Of a stretch of 64,000 bases of DNA, positions 12,648 to 24,460 are shown piece by piece. Each line of letters begins with the position of its first letter. The stretch's first letter is position 1. The stretch comes from Callorhinchus milii (taxonomy: Eukaryota): positions 90,212,001 to 90,276,000 of the forward strand of contig NW_024704742.1 in assembly GCF_018977255.1 (NCBI RefSeq), written 5' to 3'. A model generated the notes under the pieces. That model saw only the letters and a program-made list of their open reading frames with translations. It did no database searches and was not told the origin of the DNA. Made by a program: the position numbers and the translations under genes.

Positions 12648-12844
12648 CAGGGTGGTCCAACCTTTTCGCTGCTGAGAGCCAGATGCCCTATTTGAGAAAC
12701 ATTTGTGGACCTCATAAGCAATATTTTTGTGTTTTCCTTCCAGAAACATAACATAACATTTATGGGTTATGGAGGGAGCGGGCAAGCAGACCAAATGAAA
12801 TGGAGGAAGGGGGGAGCCGGCCAGCTGCCAGTTGGACCACCCTG
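12648..12844. mobile_element. Non-autonomous hAT (Charlie-like) MITE, 197 bp
   Basis: Perfect 14-bp TIRs CAGGGTGGTCCAAC / GTTGGACCACCCTG; left flank gtttaaac, right flank aaac (partial 8-bp TSD); second copy at 951. Confidence 0.88.
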
Positions 12845-13552
12845 AAACAATAGCAATTTAGCCAGTTATTGCAAGGTTCATTCAACTAATTTTTCACCAG
12901 CAGCAATTCCCAAACTGTTGCATATATATTTCCTTGGATTTTGTCGTCGTATCACCTATCAGTCTCAAGACTGAGGAAAAGGGAGAGGGGGGGTCAAAGA
13001 GATGATTTCACAAGTTAGACATTTTCAATGTATTTATTAGGGATTCCCTCATATGTGCATGAGGCTGACCACACCCCCACACCCCAAACACTATTCTCAC
13101 TGCTGGGTTCATGAAGCTGGGTTACATTGAATAGTTGCATAGTGGATATTGTAAGGTTTTTGTTCAGTAAAATACCTGTTCCAGCAGTCAAGATCCTGAA
13201 AATGTAAATCAAATTTCTGGTTTCACAGACATGAAGATTCAACTGATGTAAGAGGTGAGGATCAGATGGGGGAGGGCTGTGTCTAGTATACCCAAGTAAT
13301 TTTTTTTAGTGTTAGAAAAGTGTACATCTGCAGCAACTAAACATTATTGGAGGTAAACAAACATTTTTCAGCGTAGAAAATTCAAACGTATAACTGTAGT
13401 TATTCCCATTACAGACCAGGAATAGCTGCTGCTTTAATACATCTCAATGCATTGTGCGTCATTGCATCTTATCCATAGCCATGGAAATCTATGGCAAAGT
13501 AGGAAGCCATGCTATTTTTGGTGTGTCTGTTTCTCCAGGAAAATCACAATAA

Positions 13553-13782
13553 TTAGCCTTGCATTTGATATAGTGTCTGATCACATCATCTCAATATCTC
13601 AAAGTACATTACAAGATTTATTGTAAAGTGTAGTGACTGGAGGTGAATGCAGCAACCAATTTATGCACAGTGATGTTCAACAGGCATGAACCGAGTAATC
13701 AATTTTATCTGGAGGATTGTTAGCCCGGACACCAGGAGAAACTTCCTTCTCTTCTCCATCAGTGCTGCGAGATCTCTAACGT
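13553..13782 (-). mobile_element. SINE-A 3' half
   Basis: ccttgcatttgatatag...ggacaccaggagaaac...gagatctctaac matches SINE-A reverse complement. Confidence 0.8.
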
Positions 13783-14309
13783 GGTCGCGTGGTGGATTGC
13801 TAGTTAGTGAGGTGAACAAAATAACTTGAGAGTCTAATTACTTTATCAACCATGCCAAAGCAGATTCTGTGTAACTATAGATTACACAAGGGCTTTTGCA
13901 TACAAATTTGAGATGCTTTTTGGGAGTGCTGCTTAAATTGCATTTACACTTCATCTACTTTTTCTACACTAAGCGACTATAATCTTTCTGCAATCCTTTG
14001 TTTGCAGCACTTACTTGTGTCCTTCTGACCTTGAGAACTGCACTCTGTTTTTTCACAGGTCTTTTCAGATGGTTGATTCTTCTGCTAACCATCTGTAATG
14101 TCCACCGCAAAGCTTGGAAACGTTATATAGTTTGTGTAAAGGAACTTCCTTTGAGTACTTTTTATGATGTGGCTGTTCCAAAGAAAGCATCTGGACATTT
14201 GGAATGCTTTTATGAGAACAAATTCAGCATGGGAGAAATGTGCCTGGCAAGATCTCTGGCTGGACTCCATTTTCTGCCTTTACTGCCAGCAGTGTTTGAT
14301 ATCACACGT

Positions 14310-14560
14310 GAAAGAGCATTGTAGGTCCAGAAGATCGTGGGTTCAAGCCTAAAAGTTGGGAGCTCCTAATCTAGGCTAACACTCCAATCCAGTGTTCAGG
14401 GAGTGCTGAATTGTCACAGGTTCTGTGCCTTAGATGAATCATTGAACGAAGGTCCCGCCTGCCTGTTCAGATGGATATTAAAGATCCCATGGCACAATTC
14501 AAAAAAGAGAGTTCTGCCAGTGTCCTGGCTAACAATTTTCCAAATGAAAATGGTCATTCC
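14310..14560 (+). mobile_element. SINE-A head plus Deu-like domain, tail lost
   Basis: gggttcaagcc B box; aaagatcccatggcac...gtgtcctggctaacaat. Confidence 0.8.
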
Positions 14561-14769
14561 TTATTCATTATGATTGGTCTTAATTATCAAATGCCCACCC
14601 ATAAAGAACAGCTTTTTATTAAGTGCAAAAAAGGGTTTCAAAATTAAGAATTTTCCAAAATGTTACATAATCTCAAATTTAAGACTGAGATTATAAGGGA
14701 TTTGGGCCTCTGGTGATTTTTCACTTTTACCAATAGCACAAATAATACATGTGATACTAATTTGTTGTT

Positions 14770-15400
14770 TCTTTTGAAGTTATGGAAAATCAGAGCTTAA
14801 ACCAATTAAAAGTGAAATGAGAAAACATTTTTTTTACACAAAGGGTTGTGGATATGTAGAATTCTCTACCCCAAAAGGTTCATGGTGCCAGGTCAACTGA
14901 AATAATTAGAGGGTGGTATTCTAATATTTGGTAAACAAGGACATCAAAAGAAATTGTGAAAGGACAGACAAGAGCAGAGATATGATATTAAGTTAAAAGA
15001 TTAAATGGGATTGAAAAAATAACAGAAGTAGCAACTTGTATTTGTGTAGCACCCTTAACGTGGGGTAGTTTCTCAGAACGCTTATAAACTCAGTAAATTG
15101 AAAAACAGTGATGAGTAAAAGTAAACTCAGGACAATACGTTAGGATGCACCAGGGCAGTCAAACAAGAGGACATAGGGTTATAGCTACAAAGGGCAGTTT
15201 AAGGACAGACGGTAGAAAGGTTTATTTTTACTCAGAGGATAATAAATGACTGTAGTAGGTTACAAGGAAGGATGGTTGAGACCAGGACATGACTCATTTG
15301 AAACACAGCTTTTTGCTGTGATGGGACCATGGTAGGGTAGGTGTACTGGAAGGTCAAGATGGGCTGAAGGACCTTCTTCATCTGAAACAATCTTGTGACG
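14770..15400 (+). mobile_element. Two degenerate CR1 3' fragments, with a solo L2 tail (-) at ~15030-15085
   Basis: gaaaacattttttttacacaaagggttgtgg and aagaggacataggg...ttttactcagagg resemble the CR1 ORF2 end (FFTQRVV). Confidence 0.55.
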
Positions 15401-16255
15401 TTAAAATTTAGTTACGATCTAATAAAATAGTGGATGGCGTGAATATTCTTCTCCAGTTTCCACCTTCTTATGTAATAGAGGTGTGATCGACAAGTTAATT
15501 AGATCTCACTGGAAGAGCTCCACAAGTGTATTCAAATCCACATTTCATCTGTACAAGAGAATTGATGCCCTTACAGTACAATATCCATCTCTTAATGTCC
15601 TGCCTCGTCAGGTAAACATCAAGACCTACTGAGATTAGCCTTAAGGAAAAGGATAGGAATCTATCGGGTTAGCATTAGCAAAAACATATCTGTCAGCTGT
15701 ATGTCGAAGAGATATTTACATCGAAACCGAGGCTGATACCCTGTATCAGTTATAACTCTTTATAATTTTTAAACTTTATCTCTGAATCTGCTCAAATATG
15801 ACAACTTTCCTGCCAAAAATCTAAGAAAATGATCCGATTACACTCTCTAATGTATGCCAAGCCCACATAGCAGAGACCTGATCCCTGTAACATTATTCAA
15901 ATAACAGATTATTACTCAAGGCAGTTTACTGAAAGATATTATTTGAAATTCGACATAACAGTGTGTTTTGGGTGGATCTGATGGCTTTATAAATCAAGAC
16001 AGTACAGGTATCAGACTGAAATCCACTTTTGGCAAGGCAAAAATACAGTTCACTTCTTGGAATCCATTCTTCATGTTCTCATTGACTGCGCTCAAATAAG
16101 ATATTGTTTAATGTGAATAGTTATGGTTCATCATCTTTAATATTCTCAGAGCTCTTCAAAACCAGATGTCAAGCTCTCCGGGACGCTACCCTGTGTGAAG
16201 GGCGTTATATAAATGCAAGTTGTTGTTGTTGTCTTCCTTTCAGTCCTTGGGTTGC

Positions 16256-17280
16256 AGCAATAACAACAACAACTTCCACTTTTACAATGCCCTCCAAGCA
16301 GGGTAGCATCTCAGAGCGCTTAACAGTGGAGGAGCATGACTCTGAACCAGGGGGAGGGAAGAGGTGGCCGTAAGCATGGTCGAAGAGGAAGGTTTTCAGG
16401 CAGGATTTGAAAAAGTGGAGAGATTGAGGGAGAGTGTTCCAGAGTTTCGGGGCATAGTACCTGAAAGCGCCACCTCCGATGGTGTGGCGGAGGGTGCGAG
16501 GGAAAAGCAGGAGGCCAGTGCCAGTCGAGCGGAGGTGCCAGGTGTTAGATTGGAGAGTGAGGAGGTCGGAGACGTAGGGAGGTGCCAGAGAGTGAAGGGA
16601 TTTGACTTTCCTTCACAAAATCCAGCTCTTTCAAAACTCCGCCGCCTGCATTCTCACCCGCACCAAACTTCATACCCCGATTACTCCAGTCCTTGCCAAA
16701 CTCCACTGGCTCCCTATCACAGAATGGATCGACTTCAAGATCCTCTTTCTAGTGTTTAAATCCCTCCATTCCTTGGCACACCCCCTATCTCTCTAACATC
16801 CTCTCTGCCCACAGCGCTGCCTCCGCTCAACTGGGTCCGGTTTCCTCTGCGTCTCCCGAATCCTCCGCTCCACCATAGGCACCCGTCCCTTCAGCCACTA
16901 GGCTCCAAAACTTTGGAACTCCCTCCCTCAACCCCTTTGCCTCACCCCTCCTTCCCCATCTTCAGATCACGCCTGAAGACCTTCTTTTTTGACCGCGCCT
17001 ACAGTCACCTTTCCCTCCCCTGGCTCGGCCTTGGGTTCCACCATTGTTAAGCGCTCTGAGACGCCGCCTGGCATGGAGAGAGCTATATAAGTCCAAGTTG
17101 TTGTTGTTGGATTTGAACACAAGTGTGAGGATCTTGAAGTCGATCCGTTCGGTGATGGGGAGCTAGTGGAGCCTGGCCAGAACTGTGAGATGTGACATGG
17201 GGTTAGAAGAACATGGGGGGGAGTGGGGGAAAGGGTAATGAATAATCCAGCGGAGAGTGCGCTTCACCATAGCTGAGATA
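16256..17280 (-). mobile_element. L2 (tail subtype 2) host copy, interrupted at 16606-17108
   Basis: (CAA)n tail near 16257-16273; sequence reads continuously across the insertion as ggatcgacttcaagatcctcacacttgtgttcaaatcccttcactctctgg on the minus strand. Confidence 0.88.
16606..17108 (+). mobile_element. L2 (tail subtype 2) inserted antisense into a related L2
   Basis: ORF 16602-16796 QLFQNSAACILT...LHWLPITEWIDFKIL; (GTT)n tail; flanked by GGATTTGA at 16598-16605 and 17109-17116. Confidence 0.92.
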
Positions 17281-17407
17281 ATAAGTAGGAAGATCTGTGA
17301 AGTGAACAAAGATTTCACCTCAAAGTGGATCCACTCATTTCTTGTTGGGTAAATGTCCACCGGCAGCTTGGAACAATATCTACCCAACTTGCTAGTCCAG
17401 CATTAGG

Positions 17408-17842
17408 TGTCAGCCTGGCTCAACTGGTAGCCCTCTCACCTCCAAGTCAGAAGACTGTGGGTTTGAGTTCCATGTCAGGACTTTGAACTGATTGTCGAGG
17501 CTGAAGCTCCAATGTAGTGTTGGATAGGGGCGCTGCACTTTCATAAATGCGTTCCTTCAGATGATATGTTAAAAATCAAGGTGCAGTCTGCCTGTATAGG
17601 TAGATGTTAAAGATCCCATGACATTAATCAAAAAAAGAAAGTTTCTCCCGGTTTCCTGGCCAACAATTCCCCAGATAAAACTGGTGATTAATTTCTTGTC
17701 TCTTTGTGGGATATTGCTGTGTGCAAATTGACTACTGTGCTTGCCTAGAGAATAGTCACTGAATTCCAGTAAATCATATGAAGTGCTTGGAGACGTCATG
17801 ATGACGTGATGTAGTGCTATATCAAATGCAAGGATTATTATT
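17408..17842 (+). mobile_element. SINE-A full length (tRNA head, Deu-like domain, L2-like tail; SacSINE1-like)
   Basis: gtgtcagcctggctcaactggtagc A box, gggtttgagttcc B box, aaagatcccatg...tcctggccaac core, atcaaatgcaagg(att)n tail. Confidence 0.9.
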
Positions 17843-18549
17843 AGATTGATATTACTTCTTGTGTCAACTCCAATCTAACAGCTAGAGTGGATAATCTCCT
17901 AAAGTTCTATGTGCACCACAAAACCATGTGATGCAGTTTACCTGCCAGAAAGTGAAAAACTCCAGCAAGTGGAAAAACTCCTTTGTCAAAAGATTATTTT
18001 CAAAAGGTATATATGATTTGTGTGTGTCTGCTAATACTGATGTCCTCTGCAGACACTGTTCACTACCTCCATCACAGCACAGAGCTGATCCACAGGAATT
18101 ATAACTCAGCCACTGATAAGTTGCCTGAGGAGTTGGCCATGTTCCAGCCAGGCCAATACAAAAGTGGCACTGATGCACAAACCAGATGTGGGTGGCTCTG
18201 CTCCATCATTCAGAGGTAGGAAGGTGAGCAGTGAGTGAAGCCTGGTCCATTACAACCTGAGAACAATGTTTCAAAGAATCGGTCTGGAGAACACGATGGC
18301 AGCATAAACTGAGCATGAGCTAAAGTACCTCACCAGGGGCTCACAGTGTGATCAGAGACAGTATTTTTCAGACAGGAAGAGGTTCAATGAATTACTGTTG
18401 GAATCACTTTGGATTGAGAGAATACATGAAAGATACGCAAATACTTACCCAGTTAAATCAAAATATAATTTTATATATACTGTATATAGAGTAAGCAGTT
18501 CTATATTTCAATAAAGCTCCACATAATCCCATTACAATTTACATTCATC

Positions 18550-18850
18550 AAGCATTCTGGGACGCTAGCTACCCTACGTGAGTGATAAATGCAAGTTGTT
18601 GTTGCCTTTCAGAGAATGTCTCAAAGTGCTCCACAGGAATTTGTGGGCACGTCTCAAAGTGTCCAAAAGGCTAAGCACCTGAGCCGGGGATGATTGCTGA
18701 AGAGGGTGAGAAGGGGAAAGTGACCAAAAGCACAGTCAAAGAGGTAAGCGTTGAGGTGAGCTTGGAAAGTAGAGAGGAAGGGGACGATCGGAGGGAATCC
18801 AGGATGAAATTCCAGAGAGTGGGGCAGAATGGCTAAAAGCTCACTATTCA
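18550..18850. mobile_element. Solo L2 tail (+, 18550-18604) followed by a degenerate L2 3' fragment (-)
   Basis: aagcattctgggacgc...aaatgcaagttgttgttg; then gtcaaagagg...aattccagagagtggggcag. Confidence 0.6.
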
Positions 18851-19520
18851 GACGTTTGCAGATTTATTCTTTTCCAAGATAATTTTATTTGAAAATTGAC
18901 TGATGTCATGTTTGGTAAATTACAAGCACACCACACAGATCAAACCAAGTGACGTTTCCACTGACAGAACAGGTCAATGCTGCAATATGTTCACCATTTA
19001 ACACCATAAAAGCAAAAACAATAAAGCAAATTAATATCAGAAAATATCAAATGAAACATTTGTTGAGTCACTAACATCTTATTACTTGCAATAAATTGTA
19101 TGGTTAGAAAAGAGCTTATTTTAGATATATATTAATTGTCGCAAAACTCACCTATTTACAATGGTTGACATTGGGTCTGGGTCTCAGGCTGTATGTCACT
19201 AATATAAGAGTTTCTCTGGACATATCTTGGTCCTTTTGAGGACTTTATAACGCAGCTGGCACAGCCTGAAGAAATTTGCACTGTTCCAATAGCAAAGTAT
19301 CTAATCAACTGCACACAAGTGCTGCCAAGCACGAGTGCAGTCAGTCAATGCCACTGTTTAGGTCCCACACTGATATTGCATCAGCTAACATTCAAACTCA
19401 ATCGATACTTTCAAAAAAAGATATATGACATTGAAGTGTTCTTACCACATGCATGAAGAATGTTTGTTGATTGAAACTGACTGGGAGACTGTCGCTTATG
19501 CATAACACCCTTTAGTCACA

Positions 19521-20624
19521 CCGTCTCCATTTCCACAAATGGCTTCAGCTCTAACCCCAACACCATCTCGTGCGGAGTTCCTCAGGGCTCTAACTTTGGT
19601 ACCCTCCTTTTAGATATCTATATGTGCCTCTTGGTGACATCATCCACAAACATGGGGTCAATTTCCACATATATGCAGATGACACCCAACTCTATCTCTC
19701 TGCTTTCACCTCAACTCCAGGACCACTGCTGTCCTGACAGAATGTCTGTCAGACATTAAGTCCTGGATGAGAGCTAACTTTCTACAGTCAACATGTCCGA
19801 GGATCTCCTGATTGGTTTCAGTCAGCGCCTCCACACCTCAGGCGCTGACAGCATCACCATCCAAGGATGCACACTTCACTTTACTGATCCAGTCCGGAAC
19901 CTCGACACCTTGTTTGACCCACAACTATCCTTTCTACCCCATATCCGTGCCATGTCCCGCTCTGCCTTCCCCCACCTTCGCAACATCACCCAGATCAGCC
20001 ACTGTCTCACACCGCTAGCCACCGAGCCCCTCACACACACATTCATAACATCCAAGCACGACTATGCAAACTCCCTGTTTGTCGGACTCCCCAACTCCTC
20101 CCTCCATAGGTTGCAGATCATCCAGAACTCTGCAGTCTGTGTCCTCTCCTGAACCAGGCTCCATTACATATCACCCCCATCCTCGCCCGACTCCACTGGT
20201 TTCCCATCACAGAGAGGATACTGTTCAAGATCCTGGTCTCACCTTCAAAGCCCTCCACAGCCTTGCTTCTCCCTAACTCTGTGATCTTCTAACCCCTTTC
20301 CATCCTGCCCACTCCCTCCGCTTAGCGGGCTTCGGCCTGCTTCATAACCCCCGCATCGCCCACCCCACCATTGGCGGGGAGGCCTTCTGCCATTCTGCCC
20401 CCACCTTCTGGAACTCCATCCCGCAGTCCCTCAGCCTCACCCCCTCCCTTGCTTCCTTCAAGACCCATCTCAAGACCCTTCACTTCGAGGGTGCCTTTGG
20501 TCACTCTCCTTCCCTCCCTGACCTCCACCCTCACTGATCCTGACCCTCAGCTCGGGTCCAGCAACTTGGGATGTCCTCCTGATGTAAAAGGCGCTATACA
20601 AGTGTAATTTTGTTGTTGTTGTTG
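19521..20624 (+). mobile_element. L2 LINE, 5'-truncated, 1.1 kb, with 8-bp TSD
   Basis: GVPQGS (ggagttcctcagggctct) and YADD (tatgcagatgac) RT motifs, C-terminal L2 motifs, (GTT)n tail; TAGTCACA at 19513-19520 and 20625-20632. Confidence 0.96.
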
Positions 20625-23439
20625 TAGTCACATTTTCCTCACCCCATCCCACACACAAAACTTTAACCTGAAACACCAGGTTACTTAACCAGTCTGTCTT
20701 AGTGAGGTTCAAGGTCAATAAATCCAAATGTTGATCTTTGCCTTTACCTGGAAAATGCATGACATTGCACAAACTTCAGTGCTGGAGAATTGAATTGTCA
20801 GGTTGTCAGCATTAAAATAAAATAAAGTATGTGTTATCACTGAAAGTCTACGCATATCCCTCAGATAAGCTTAAATAATGCTTTTTTATCCTACGTCACA
20901 AGGAAAGGTAGGCTGTAAAATTGAACTGACTAGAATACCACATGAACTTCATCAATTTAATTCACCTAACATTAACACTTCTTTAGCTACCACTTTGAAA
21001 TGCACATCTGAGAAGTGACACTCAAATGCTCTTTTCTTGTTAACTTTTCTGTTTAAATAGAACATTTTTCTATTTAACATCCATCAATCTAGCACCAATA
21101 CTTGCACTGGTGCATTCACGCAATGTTATGAGAATCCGCTTTTCCCTGTGTTGAAATAACTATTCCATGCTACCCAGAAATAACAATCCAAAAAAGAACG
21201 CACACATTTTTTCTGATTGACAGAATGGATTTGAACTGTTTTTGTTACTGATAACAATCGTACAACTGCATTCTTGAAGCAGAAGTATGCTGGAAGAAAT
21301 GGCTCTCTTTAGGAAGCTTGGCAGATCGGGCAGTTGACTCCCAAGCAAAACATTTTACAACATGAATCTGTCATTCAGGCTTGCTTGCCTTAGTTGGCAA
21401 ATTTGATCATTTCTCAATTTCAGCCAGAAAGTGAAGGCACAATATAGAAAGACATTACACTTTTGGAAAAAAGAGAGAAGAGAGAGAGGAGAGACAGAAT
21501 GAGAAAGAGAAACTGATATACATTCATGCATCTTGCTGGACAAACATAAAACACCAATGGTGACTGAGCGACATCCATGAACCAATTAATCTCTCTTTTG
21601 CAGCAAGTGTATAAAGCATGCTAGAGTAAAAAAATTAAAAGCCCCTTTGGACAATATTTCCTGAAGAGTATTTCTTGATGTGTTGAGACCTTTTGATGAT
21701 ACCAACTATTGCACTGTTAACTAACCTGGTCTTCAGATCTTTGGCTGAATATTTGATCCCCCAGCAACTCATCTGGGTAGCTTTCTCTGTGGATCAGTGT
21801 GAATTCAGGCAGAAATACAGCTCCTTGTGAGTATTCTGCAGACATCTGAAATTAAAAGATTAGCACAAATTGCTCAGCTGTTTTGTAAAATTATCATGAT
21901 TTTCGGATCTGCTGCCTCCCACCTTTGAACCAGGATCATTACTGACCCTCAGCCCAAAACTGAGCAGATGTACCGATTCCTGAATATGTGCACAGTGTTT
22001 GTATTTGTACTCTCCTCTACGGATGAATAGATCTCTTCAACTACCTCTGTTAAGCAAACATTATTTTTGAATGACCAACATGATACGGCCGATTTTCATT
22101 TTGTTCACATCATTGCCAGAATGTGCTTTGCTCTGCATTTCTCACCTCAAATTCATTTTCACAACAAATTCGCTTGACATCAGCCTCCCATTTTGTTATA
22201 GTGCATAAAGTATGGGGTGTACAGATGAGGACTGAGTAGAAGTATTAGAAATACAATGCCCAAGGCACCTGTATTGACGTCCTCTTTATATCTGGGTACA
22301 TATAGCAACTTTCATTTATATAGCCCCCATCATCCAGGGTAACATCTCAGAGCACTTCCTGGAGGTATATAGACCTTCACCCCAATAACACACAAATACT
22401 TAAAATCCAAGAACAATATGAAAAGCTTTTTGTTTTTTAAAAAAATGCAAAATCCTTTATACCACTTTTCATTTTAAAAAAATGCTGTTCCTCTAATCCT
22501 GAGAAGGAAGTGGCTTCCTTGTTATTTCTTTGGTGTATGAAACTGTTTCCTCACCACCGCCCAGCCACAATTCCAGGATACTGGAAAACTCATTCAGATG
22601 ACCTAGTTCGTATTTATTTTGAAGTTCAGAATGCCAGTGATTCACCATAGATGGAAAAGGCTAGACTTGTGCCCCAGGTTGCAAACTCCAGCTCCAAGGA
22701 ATGCTTTGTGCAGATAGACGCATCTGATGGGAAAGGTTTTACTGAATCACTGTAAACCTTTCAAAGGTTTGAAGAGATGGTGATATGGCCCAATCTTATT
22801 GTTCTCAGCATATCTAGCTATGACATGGGCAAAAGAAAGAACAGAAATTTAGTAAGAGAAATAAAATGGAAAACATCAGACTGATAGCTGCTTTGAGGGA
22901 GTGAAAAGGTATTTGGGGATTTGGCTCTGGAAGGAACATCTGGATTTTCTGAATATTTAAGCCTATCCCTTGCCAGCTGGATCACAATTTTCCTAAATTG
23001 TAAGGGTACCGAGATTCATCCCTTTCCATACAATTGTAAAACAGACAGAAAAACACCTTGAGTATCAGTGATTGGATGCAGATATGAGCTGGACAATTAA
23101 CATGACCAGGAATAATAAACAAATAGCCTATCAGCATAGACTCAAAAAGTACTTCCCTCAGCAAGGAAATCAAACACCGCCCCTCCCACCCTCCTCAATG
23201 CACTGCCAGAGGAAATAAGCACACATGGAGTGGCATAATGGAATTGGTTCTCCAAACATTAAATCGCAATGCTATTGAGGGTCCGCACATAAATTTAATT
23301 TGACAATCAAAGCAATGCTCCATACAAGAGTACCAATCAGAGACAAAAGGTATCAAAATAAAGTATGTTTTAGATTTTGATACAACACTTAAAATGGCCA
23401 AATCTCCCAATTCCTTCACATGGATTTTTTGTCAAGTGT

Positions 23440-23805
23440 GGTGACCATGTATTTTGTAAGCAAATGCAGTACCAAATTTTGCGCACCAGACACAATAGTA
23501 AATCATCAATCTATCTGGAGGATTGCTAACGAAGACACAAGGAGAAACTCTATACACATTTCAAATTAGGTCATGGCAATTTAACATCCTTTGACCCTTA
23601 CAACCTTTTAAAGATTTACAATGAACAGGCAGATAAGACCTCAGTTTTAGTCTTATTCAAAGGATATTAGCTCCAATTCATTGCTTCTTCAGCACTGTAC
23701 TAAAATAGCAGCCTAGTCTGTGAGCTCAGCATCCTGACATAGGGCTTGAAGCCACAACCTTCTGAACTAGAACTAAGAAGGCTACCACCTGAGCCAGACT
23801 GTCAC
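23440..23805 (-). mobile_element. SINE-A, degenerate
   Basis: gcttgaagccacaaccttctga...gctaccacctgagccagactg is the reverse complement of the SINE-A head. Confidence 0.75.
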
Positions 23806-24235
23806 CCTTTCTTCTCTCTGAGAAATCTCAACAGGGAGCTTGACACTTGGGTCCTATTTGACTGCTCATATATGATACTAGTAACTGAGACATATAAACT
23901 TAAGAGACCAAGAAAGGGAATACATTTCAAACAATGAACATACACAAGTCTACCAGGGATCAGAAACCTTTTTGGGGGAGGGGGGACTTGGGAGGAAGTA
24001 ACAAGGACCTTTGTAAATTGAGAACTGGGTTGATACTACAGCAACCTTACTGCTGCTGAGAGTGCTGGGTTGCCTTGGCTGTAATGAGATCTGCCCAAAC
24101 GATAAAAGCACATCATCTGATCCACTGCACTACATAGTCCCTCACAATGCATTGTTTAACTGGAAATCTGAGTGATACTGATAAGATCTTTCTTTAAGAA
24201 AAAATTGTTAAAAAAATTGTGATAAATCAAAACTT

Positions 24236-24460
24236 TTCTTTGGGTCAGGCGGGTACTTGACACACATAGGACTCATCACCACACTCTCCAAATCAAACTA
24301 CTGTGAACAGATTATTATTACTACTACTAAGATTTCCAAACAAGCAAGGTTTTCATTTGTATGGAATGAAGCACATTCTCTCCCCAGAGGGACAAGCCCT
24401 ATTTACCCAATCCTAAAGATTTTAGGTGCAGATTAGTAAGAGCCAAGACTTGGGAACTAG
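24236..24460 (-). repeat. Unidentified A-tailed repeat, copy 4 (more diverged)
   Basis: ttttctttgggtcaggcgggtacttgacacac...ttaggtgcagattagtaagagccaag aligns to 514-722. Confidence 0.65.

Noticed and set aside
18443..18500. Minus-strand donor GG|gtaagt
   Set aside because: Upstream sequence is AT-rich with no plausible acceptor or reading frame
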